Of a DNA stretch of 64,000 bases, positions 56,444-64,000 are shown piece after piece (the stretch's first letter is position 1; each line of letters starts with the position of its first letter). Below the pieces are notes generated by a model, which was not told the origin of the DNA, did no database searches, and saw only the letters and a program-made list of their open reading frames with translations. The DNA lies in contig JAXGYC010000010.1 of the NCBI GenBank assembly GCA_040772485.1, positions 32,001 through 96,000 on the forward strand. Reading direction: 5' to 3'. Position numbers and translations under genes: made by a program. The DNA comes from Sedimentisphaerales bacterium (GTDB lineage Bacteria > Planctomycetota > Phycisphaerae > Sedimentisphaerales > Anaerobacaceae).

Positions 56444-56619
56444 GCGTTCTCTTAGCGGTGGAGGGCAGATTCCTCGGTCCTCGGGGCTGCTGAAGGGCGA
56501 GGCAGCCGTCGAGCATACCCCCAGGAGCATCCGTTCGCCCTTCGGCCGGTGACGGAGGTCGCCCGGCCGACCCGCTGGTGGTGTACACCCGATTTCGGCA
56601 AAATTCTCGCCACAAAAAC

Positions 56620-56648
56620 TTGACACCGCCGCAAAATTCCATTAAGTT
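56620..56648 (+). promoter_or_regulatory. Sigma70 promoter of the rpsB-tsf operon
   Basis: TTGACA-N17-TAAGTT. Confidence 0.6.
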
Positions 56649-56710
56649 TTTGGGATTTAGCAGTTTGCGTGCCCCATGTGAGATCAGTCAGAGGCAGTTT
56701 GGAGGTTTTT

Positions 56711-57595
56711 GTGGCTAAACAGTTGGCGCGGGAGCTCATCAACGCAGGAGTGCATTTCGGGCACGGTGTGAGTCGATGGAACCCGAAAATGGCCCCCTAT
56801 ATCTTCGCAAAAAGGGGAACCATTCACATCATCGACGTCAAGAAAACACTCAAGGGCGTATTGGTGGCCAAGAAACTGCTGGCGGAGATTGTCGCCTCCG
56901 GCAGCGACGTGGTCTTCGTCGGGACGAAACGGCAGGCCCAGAAGGCTGTTGAAGCCGCAGCCAAGCGATGCGGAATGCACTACGTATCGGAGCGATGGCT
57001 CGGTGGAATGCTGACGAACTTCCGCACCATCCGCTCCCGCCTCCAGCGTCTGGAGCAGCTTGAAGCGATGGAGCAGGACGGCTCGCTGGAAGCCGAAAGC
57101 AAGAAGCAGGCGTCCCGTCTCAAGCGGGAGATGCGAAAGATCCGCACCAACCTCGACGGCGTGCGGAAAATGTCGCGTCTGCCCGGGGCCATCGTCGTCG
57201 TCGACGCCAAGAAAGAGTACCTGGCGCTGCGCGAGGCCGCCAAACTGGGCATTCCGACGGCCGGCGTCCTCGACACGGACTCCGATCCCGACACCGTGGA
57301 CGTCGCCATTCCCGCCAACGACGATTCGATCCGCGCCGTCGAAATCATCCTGAACGAGCTGGCTGACGCGGTCGCCGTCGGCAAAACGATGGTTTCGGTC
57401 CGTCAGCAGGAATCGGTCGAGCCGCGTCCACGACGGGCGCGTCCGAGCCGTCGCCCGGCCATGGGCCGCGCGGACGGAGCGCCGGCGTCCGGCGCCGCGG
57501 CGGTGGACGAACCTGCCGGCGACGCGGAGCCTGCAGCAGACTCCGACAGCGGCGCTGGGCAACACGAACCTGTCCAGCCCAGCCCCGGCGTGTAG
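56711..57595 (+). CDS. rpsB: 30S ribosomal protein S2
   Basis: AGVHFGH..WNPKM, RWLGGMLTNF, PANDD; GTG start after GGAGG. Confidence 0.97.
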   Translation: MAKQLARELINAGVHFGHGVSRWNPKMAPYIFAKRGTIHIIDVKKTLKGVLVAKKLLAEIVASGSDVVFVGTKRQAQKAVEAAAKRCGMHYVSERWLGGMLTNFRTIRSRLQRLEQLEAMEQDGSLEAESKKQASRLKREMRKIRTNLDGVRKMSRLPGAIVVVDAKKEYLALREAAKLGIPTAGVLDTDSDPDTVDVAIPANDDSIRAVEIILNELADAVAVGKTMVSVRQQESVEPRPRRARPSRRPAMGRADGAPASGAAAVDEPAGDAEPAADSDSGAGQHEPVQPSPGV

Positions 57596-57743
57596 CAACG
57601 GGCCTCGGGGCCTCCAGGACAAGCGCAGCAGCGGCACAGATGGATGTTCGGCACGCCTCGGCGGAGGACTGGATGGGTGCAGACGCATCAACCTCTTCCG
57701 CGATTTGTGAACCTTTGAAAAGAGCAAAACAGGAGTCGATCAA

Positions 57744-58610
57744 ATGGCAGAGATCTCAGCTTCGGCCGTCATGAAACTTCGCAACAGATCCGGCCAGGGC
57801 ATGATGGACTGCAAGAAAGCCTTGCAGGAAGCAGCCGGCGACGTCGATCGGGCGATGGAGATTCTCCGTAAGAAGGGGTTGGCCACGCTGGCCAAGAGAG
57901 CCGAGCGTGAGACCTCGAACGGCTTGGTCGTCTCCAGGATGGCCGACGGGGGGCGGACCGGCGTTCTCGTCTCCTTGTGCTGCGAGACCGACTTCGTCGC
58001 CAAGGGCACGGACTTCGTGACCGCCGCCAACCTGCTGGCCGAGTACGCACTGGTCTGCCCCGCCGACGAGGGCACCGACGCCCTGCTGCACACCACCAAG
58101 GACGGCAGAGCCTTCAACGACATCCTGACCGAGATCGTCAGTAAGACCGGGGAGAAGACAGCGGTCGGCGATTACGCGCGTTTCAAGCTCGACGGCCCCG
58201 GACTCCTGACGACCTATATCCATTTCAACAGCAAAGTCGGCACGATGGTCCAGATCGACGTCAGCGACCCGAAGGTCGCGCAGGCCGAGGGCGTCCAACG
58301 GGCCATGATGGACATCGCGATGCACATCACCGCCAGCAAGCCGCTGGCGTTGGACAAGAGCGGGATCGATCCGAAGGTAATCGAGCAGGAAAGAGCCGTC
58401 TACGCCGAACAGGTCAAGAACAAACCGGCGGAGATCGTCGACCGGATCGTCGACGGCAAGATGGGCAAGTTCTTCGCCGAGAACTGTCTGCTCGAGCAGC
58501 CGTTCGTCAAAGACGACAGCAAGACCGTTCGGCAGGTGCTCGCGGAGGCCGCCAAGGCCGCCGGCGGCACCGCCACGATCAAGCGTTTCGCCCGATTCGA
58601 GGTTGGGTGA
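57744..58610 (+). CDS. tsf: Elongation factor Ts
   Basis: GMMDCKKAL, CETDFVAK, IAMHI. Confidence 0.97.
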   Translation: MAEISASAVMKLRNRSGQGMMDCKKALQEAAGDVDRAMEILRKKGLATLAKRAERETSNGLVVSRMADGGRTGVLVSLCCETDFVAKGTDFVTAANLLAEYALVCPADEGTDALLHTTKDGRAFNDILTEIVSKTGEKTAVGDYARFKLDGPGLLTTYIHFNSKVGTMVQIDVSDPKVAQAEGVQRAMMDIAMHITASKPLALDKSGIDPKVIEQERAVYAEQVKNKPAEIVDRIVDGKMGKFFAENCLLEQPFVKDDSKTVRQVLAEAAKAAGGTATIKRFARFEVG

Positions 58611-58682
58611 TTGCCGCCGCGAGCTGCTCTTGTGGCGTCGATCGCGGACGGGACGCAGACCACGGAAGGACCGGCTGAAGTG

Positions 58683-59405
58683 ATGGGAGAATGTCAGTAC
58701 AAGCGCGTGCTGCTCAAGCTTTCCGGCGAGAGTTTCTGCGAGCCGGGTGAATTCGGCATCAACGGAGCCTCTCTGGAGTCGGTCGCCCAGCGAATCGCCG
58801 AGATCGGCCGGCTGGGCCCCCAGGTCGCGGTCGTCGTCGGCGCCGGCAACATCCTGCGGGGAGAGACCTTTTCACGCACCAGCCATATCCCCCGGAACAC
58901 GGCCGACTACATGGGGATGCTGGCCACGATCATCAACGCCTGCGCCCTTCAGGAGACGCTGGAGAAGCTGGGTCAACCGACGCGCGTCATGAGCGCGATC
59001 GAGGTGGCGGCCATGTGCGAGCCGTTCATCCGGCGGCGGGCCCTGCACCATCTGGAGCGAGGCCGGGTGACCATCCTGGCCGGCGGGACGGGCAACCCCT
59101 TCTTTACCACCGACACGTGTGCGGCCCTGCGGGCCTCCGAGCTGGACGTGAACCTGCTCATCAAGGCGACCAAGGTCGACGGAGTCTACAGCGCCGACCC
59201 GAAAAAGGATCCCGGTGCGAAGCTCTTCGATCGCATCTCGTACGACGAGGTCTTGCAGCGGGGTTTGCGCATCATGGACCACGCCGCGATCAGTCTGTGC
59301 CAGGAAAACGGAATCCCCATCACGGTTCTGAACATCTTCAAGAAGGGCAATATCGCCAAAGCCATCTGCGGCGAATCGGTCGGCACCGTCATTGGGCCGG
59401 CCTGA
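58683..59405 (+). CDS. pyrH: UMP kinase
   Basis: RVLLKLSGE, ADYMGMLAT, GTGNPFFTTD. Confidence 0.97.
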   Translation: MGECQYKRVLLKLSGESFCEPGEFGINGASLESVAQRIAEIGRLGPQVAVVVGAGNILRGETFSRTSHIPRNTADYMGMLATIINACALQETLEKLGQPTRVMSAIEVAAMCEPFIRRRALHHLERGRVTILAGGTGNPFFTTDTCAALRASELDVNLLIKATKVDGVYSADPKKDPGAKLFDRISYDEVLQRGLRIMDHAAISLCQENGIPITVLNIFKKGNIAKAICGESVGTVIGPA

Positions 59406-59448
59406 AACGACGGTTGGTTTGACGGGATCCATAACAGAGAGGTAAGCC

Positions 59449-60009
59449 ATGCCAATGCCAGGAATGATCGCCGAGAGCAAGTCCAAAATGCAGAAGGCCG
59501 TTGAAGTGCTCCAGGACGAGCTGAAAGCCTTCCGAGGCGGAAGGGCTACGCCGGGGCTGGTCGAGCATCTGAAGGTCGAATACTACGGCACCCCCACCCC
59601 GCTGAAGTCTCTCGCGACCGTGTCGGCCCCGGAAGTGGACCAGCTCGTGATCAAACCGTTCGACCCTGCATCCGTTCGAGATATTGAGAAGGCGATCAAG
59701 AGCAGCGATCTGAGCATCGCGCCGCAGGTGGAAGGCAAGTTCATCCGGCTGAATATCCCCCCTCTCAGCGAGGAACGACGCAAGCAGCTCGTCCAGCAAG
59801 CCAAGCAGACCGGCGAACAGACGAAGGTCAGCATCCGCAACGTACGCCGGGACACCATCAAGCAGCTCGAACAGCAGCAAAAAGACAAAGCGATCACGGA
59901 AGACGATCTCCAATCGGGCAAAAAGCAGTGCGACGACATGACGAAGGAATTCACCGACAAGGTGGACAGCCTGGTCGCTCACAAGTCCAAGGAGATCATG
60001 GAAAGCTGA
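59449..60009 (+). CDS. frr: Ribosome recycling factor
   Basis: GRATP, YYG..TPL, IPPLSEERRK, IRNVRR. Confidence 0.96.
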   Translation: MPMPGMIAESKSKMQKAVEVLQDELKAFRGGRATPGLVEHLKVEYYGTPTPLKSLATVSAPEVDQLVIKPFDPASVRDIEKAIKSSDLSIAPQVEGKFIRLNIPPLSEERRKQLVQQAKQTGEQTKVSIRNVRRDTIKQLEQQQKDKAITEDDLQSGKKQCDDMTKEFTDKVDSLVAHKSKEIMES

Positions 60010-60279
60010 TCGTCCCTTCTGCATCGCGGCTGATGTTTACCCTCACGTACCCCTGCGGTTCTGGGTGCGCGCACGTTGCGGCATATCGTCCCGAGACGGA
60101 CGCAGGACCATCCTCGCGGCGCCCACCGACAAGCTGAACCGCCCTGCCACCACAGCGTAATGCCAGGATAGATCGGCTTCTGCGGACAGACTTCAGGTTT
60201 TGCGCTGGAAACAGTTCCAGATACGGTGGATCATGGGTGGCGATCTTCTTCGAGAGTGTTGGCCGTAAGGAGAGATGAC

Positions 60280-63200
60280 ATGGCGACTCAGGGCGGTAAG
60301 CAGGAAGTGGCGAGAAGGAAGCGATCCAGGAGATGGCCGTGGGTGCTGCTCGGCATACTACTGATCCTTGTGCTGCTGGTGGCTCTGGTCCCGGTATATC
60401 TGTCTTCGGACGGATTCCGGCGCATGATCCAGGCGAAGATCAGCGAGTCGACAGGAGGCACCGCCGACATCGGAGACCTGTCGGTCGGCTGGCGGAAAGG
60501 TGTGCGGATCTCCGACTTCAGCTTCCGCGAGCAGAACGGCTGGGCCGCCGTGAGTATCGACGGAATCGACGTTCAGCCTCATCTGGCCTCGCTGCTGGGG
60601 GGAACGATTTCGCTGGGCCGGGCCGTCATCGACAGGCCGGCGGTCGAGATCGACCTGCGAAAAAGGCCGGCCCCGCCCCCTGTGCCAGCCGGCAGTTCCG
60701 AAACATCGGTCCCGCCTGCCGCCGGCCTGGCGATGCTCGGGGACATCACGATCAACGACGCCAGCGTGCGCGTCACAGATACGGCCGGAAAGGCCGTTCG
60801 GATCGCACAACTGAATTCGACACTGAACCTCCGGCTGCCGGGACAGCCTTCGCGCTTCGAGGCGAAGATGGCCGTCGGCGAGGCAGCGGACGCCGCCACC
60901 GTTCGCGCCCAGGGCACGGTGACGCCGGACAAGGCCGCCGGCGGCTGGACCTTCAAGGGCACCACGGGCGACGTAGTGATCGAGGTCAACGACCTGGACC
61001 TCGAATCGCTGGCGCCGATCTTCGAGCTGGCGGGAGTCGAATTGCAGGCCCAGGGGCGGCTCTCTGCGGACATCACGACGGCCGTTCAGGATGGTGAATT
61101 GGAGACACTCCGCGCTGCCGTCGCAGGCCAAAACGTGGATATCACCGGCGCCCTTTTGAAAGGCGACCGCGTACAGACCTCGAAACTGGCGGTCGACGCC
61201 AGGCTCATGCGGGACGGTCAAACCGTCAAGGTCGAGCAGTTGGATGCCCACACGGATTGGGCTAACGTCACCGCGGCCGGAGCGGTCCCCCTGACGGCCA
61301 AGTCGCTGACCGATCTGCTCAAGAGCGATGCCAGCTACAACCTCAAGGGCAACGTCGACTGCAACCTGCCCGCCCTGCTGTCGCAGATGCCCGCGACCTT
61401 CGGGCTGAAGGAAGGCATGCAGATCACAGGCGGCCAGGCCCGCGGAGACATCAACACCACCACCGAGGGCGGCCGGGCCATCGTCCTGGCCCAGACGCAG
61501 ATCACGGGACTGGCCGGGACAGTGGACGGCAAACCCCTGGCCCTCAGCGAGCCCGTCGTCGCCAACCTCAGACTGTCCGCCGACGACAAGACCGCGCGCC
61601 TCGACGCGATGGATCTGTCCGCCGCATTCGCTCAGGTCACCGCCAAGGGCGACTTCAACGACATCACGTACGATGGGCGGGTCGACCTCGCGAAGTTCCA
61701 ATCCGAACTGGGCCAATTTGCCGACCTGGGCCCCTACCGCATGACGGGCCAGGTGACGAGCAAGGGACAGGTCGCGATTCAGGATGAACGCATCGGAGCG
61801 ACGGGAACCGCCTCCCTGCGTCAGCTCGTGCTGACGGGCGCCGACGGCAACAGCGTCTCGGAGCCGGCGGCTGATGTCGCCTTCGCATTCGATCTGGATC
61901 AGGCCAAACAGGCGCTGGCGGTGACTCGCCTCGACGCGCAGGGCAGCTTCGGCGCCATCGCGGTCAAAGAAGCGTCGATCCCGCTGGACAAGACGTCGTC
62001 CGTTCCGATGAACGCGGCCGTCTCGGCTCGCAACGTCGATCTCCAGAAGATCACGCCGTACGCTGTCCTCTTTGCATCGCTTCCCCAGAACCTCAGCCTG
62101 CAGGGTCTCGCGGAATCCACCCTGACCGTTACCGGCCAGGAAGGCGCGTATCGTATCCGCACAGACGACACCCGCATCCAGAATTTCGTGCTCTCCACCC
62201 CCGGCAAGAAACCATTCAGCGAGAAGCAGGTCACGACAGCTTTCGACGTGGTGGTAAATCCGGACACCATGACTCGCGACATTGAGACGTTCGTGCTGGA
62301 CAGCGGGCAGATCAAGATCCGATTCGGCCAGATCAAGCAGGCCCGCATAGGCGACCGCATCCAGGTCCAGGGCACGGTGCAAGGGGAATGCGACTGGGCC
62401 GCCGTCGGCCAACTTGCATCGCCCTTCCTGCCCGAGGGGTTGGAGATGTCGGGCCGGCGGGAAATCTCGCTGAATTTCGCGAGCAACTACCCCGCCGACG
62501 ATCCCAACGGACTGATGGCGAATCTGGATGGCTCGGCCAAGGTGGGCTTCGACACGGCGAGCTACAAGGGGCTGAACATCGGCTCCACCGACGTCCAGGT
62601 CAACGTCGAGAAGGGTCTGATGAAAATCGAGCCGTTCAGCACCACGGTCAACAACGGACAGCTCAACTTCGCCGGCCAGGCCGACTTCAAAGAGAAGGAC
62701 CCACTGCTGCGCACGGCCGCACCGCTGGTGCTGGCAAAAGGCATCCAACTGAACAAGGAGATGACGGGAACCCTACTCCAGTACGTCAATCCGCTGTTCG
62801 CCAACGTCACGGGGCTCAGCGGGATCGCCAACTTCGAATGCCAGAGACTGGTCATCCCGCTGGCGGCGGGCCTGGAGCGCAAAGCCGAGGTGACGGGCAC
62901 CATTTCGGCCGATAACGTGCTCGTGGAGGCCTCCGGCCTGCTCGACGAGATCCTCAAGGCCACCGGCCAGAGCCTGCGGGGCCAGAGACTGACGATTCGC
63001 CCCACGAATCTGTCGCTCCAGAATGGGATCGTCCGATACGACAATATGCAGATCGACGTGGGCGACAACCCGATCAGCTTTGGCGGCGCCATCGGCCTGG
63101 ATCAAAGCCTCGATATGACCGTCACCCTGCCCTGGACGTTCAAGGGGCGGACGGCAAGGGTCGATAAAGAGGGACAGGCCGGGCAGCGAATCGGCGTCCC

Positions 63201-63288
63201 CCTGACCGGGACGATCAGCAGCCCCAAGCTGGATATGAAGAAGTTCCTGCAAGAGCAGTTGTTCAGAGGACTCGGAGATCTGTTCTGA
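60280..63288 (+). CDS. AsmA-like beta-rich envelope protein
   Basis: N-terminal TM, long beta-strand repeats, C-terminal VPLTGTISSPKLD. Confidence 0.75.
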   Translation: MATQGGKQEVARRKRSRRWPWVLLGILLILVLLVALVPVYLSSDGFRRMIQAKISESTGGTADIGDLSVGWRKGVRISDFSFREQNGWAAVSIDGIDVQPHLASLLGGTISLGRAVIDRPAVEIDLRKRPAPPPVPAGSSETSVPPAAGLAMLGDITINDASVRVTDTAGKAVRIAQLNSTLNLRLPGQPSRFEAKMAVGEAADAATVRAQGTVTPDKAAGGWTFKGTTGDVVIEVNDLDLESLAPIFELAGVELQAQGRLSADITTAVQDGELETLRAAVAGQNVDITGALLKGDRVQTSKLAVDARLMRDGQTVKVEQLDAHTDWANVTAAGAVPLTAKSLTDLLKSDASYNLKGNVDCNLPALLSQMPATFGLKEGMQITGGQARGDINTTTEGGRAIVLAQTQITGLAGTVDGKPLALSEPVVANLRLSADDKTARLDAMDLSAAFAQVTAKGDFNDITYDGRVDLAKFQSELGQFADLGPYRMTGQVTSKGQVAIQDERIGATGTASLRQLVLTGADGNSVSEPAADVAFAFDLDQAKQALAVTRLDAQGSFGAIAVKEASIPLDKTSSVPMNAAVSARNVDLQKITPYAVLFASLPQNLSLQGLAESTLTVTGQEGAYRIRTDDTRIQNFVLSTPGKKPFSEKQVTTAFDVVVNPDTMTRDIETFVLDSGQIKIRFGQIKQARIGDRIQVQGTVQGECDWAAVGQLASPFLPEGLEMSGRREISLNFASNYPADDPNGLMANLDGSAKVGFDTASYKGLNIGSTDVQVNVEKGLMKIEPFSTTVNNGQLNFAGQADFKEKDPLLRTAAPLVLAKGIQLNKEMTGTLLQYVNPLFANVTGLSGIANFECQRLVIPLAAGLERKAEVTGTISADNVLVEASGLLDEILKATGQSLRGQRLTIRPTNLSLQNGIVRYDNMQIDVGDNPISFGGAIGLDQSLDMTVTLPWTFKGRTARVDKEGQAGQRIGVPLTGTISSPKLDMKKFLQEQLFRGLGDLF

Positions 63289-63301
63289 TGGGTGGACTGG
63301 T

Positions 63302-64000
63302 ATGAAATCGCTGAGGAACTTGTCGACGACGCCCACGGCGCAGCTCGGCCGGGCCAGCCGCTTCGTCGCGTTCCAGATCAAGCTGTGGTCGCACTGCATC
63401 CGGCTGCTCAAGCGCAACCGCGCCGGCCAGCAAGCGGCGGCACTGTCCTACTATACGATCTTCGGCATCATCCCGCTGGCCATCGTCGTGCTGCTGATCT
63501 TCCAATCGTTCCCCGCCTATCAGGACATCGGCGAGCGATTGAAGCAGTTCGCCTACGAGCAGCTCCACCTGACGAAGATCGAATACAGCCAGAACGAAGA
63601 ACACCCCGAGGAGAAGGTGCTGCTCACTGATTACCTCGACAGCACCATCAGGCGGTTCTTCGGCGGGCTCAACAGCAAGTCGCTCAGTCTCGTCAGCGCC
63701 GTCCTGGTCATCTGGGCGGCCCTGGCGCTGCTATCCACGATCGAGACCGCCTTCAACCACATCTGGCACGTCTCGCGCGGGCGCAGCTTCCTGCATAAGA
63801 TGATCAACTACTGGGCTCTGCTGACGCTGGGTCCCCTGCTTGTGGGCGTGGGCATCTATGCGACCACGCAATACGCCGCGGTTCGGAGCATCGAGACGAT
63901 GGTGCTGGCCTACCGCATCGTGCAGGTGATCCTGCCCTATCTGTTGAGTCTGCTGGCGTTCTTCCTGCTCTATTTCCTGCTGCCGAGCACCAAGGTCAAC
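63302..64000 (+). CDS. YihY/BrkB family membrane protein, 3'-partial
   Basis: Manual translation MKSLRNL..QQAAALSYYTIFGIIP..IETAFNHIW; runs off the window. Confidence 0.85.
   Translation, partial: MKSLRNLSTTPTAQLGRASRFVAFQIKLWSHCIRLLKRNRAGQQAAALSYYTIFGIIPLAIVVLLIFQSFPAYQDIGERLKQFAYEQLHLTKIEYSQNEEHPEEKVLLTDYLDSTIRRFFGGLNSKSLSLVSAVLVIWAALALLSTIETAFNHIWHVSRGRSFLHKMINYWALLTLGPLLVGVGIYATTQYAAVRSIETMVLAYRIVQVILPYLLSLLAFFLLYFLLPSTKVN

Noticed and set aside
56489..56547. 12-bp stem GCTGAAGGGCGA/TCGCCCTTCGGC upstream of rpsB as an S2 leader
   Set aside because: It lies upstream of the predicted rpsB promoter, and a single GC-rich stem is too weak to call.

Overview
GC-rich bacterial chromosomal window. 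Gene style (CotH/lamin-tail protein with a dockerin-like 'GDLSGDCKVDFSD' motif, many secreted carbohydrate-active proteins, characteristic intergenic repeats) suggests an anaerobic planctomycete (Phycisphaerae/Sedimentisphaerales-like); this is inference. Left to right it holds: a divergent OLD-family ATPase/TOPRIM gene (5'-partial); a large CotH/LTD protein; a damaged exopolysaccharide locus (wza, truncated wzc joined to a headless GT4, WcaF-like acetyltransferase, split GT4) interleaved with 7-bp tandem repeats; a ~1.1-kb remnant integrative element in tRNA-Arg(TCG); ptsP; a short rpmH (L34) gene missing from the ORF track; an M90 peptidase; truD; a non-coding repeat module with its own promoter; a PIN toxin-antitoxin pair; ABC transporters; many hydrolases, including a GH16-GH29 fusion; pgsA; rimO; an orphan secretin; and rpsB-tsf-pyrH-frr. 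I found no CRISPR array and no unmistakable complete novel system. The best leads are non-coding: drifting heptamer arrays and nested palindromic modules, a promoter/boxA-like repeat module at 26.1-26.6 kb, and a candidate sRNA at 7.45-7.57 kb. A secreted (PPYWxPG)n microprotein and the minimal tRNA island are further leads.
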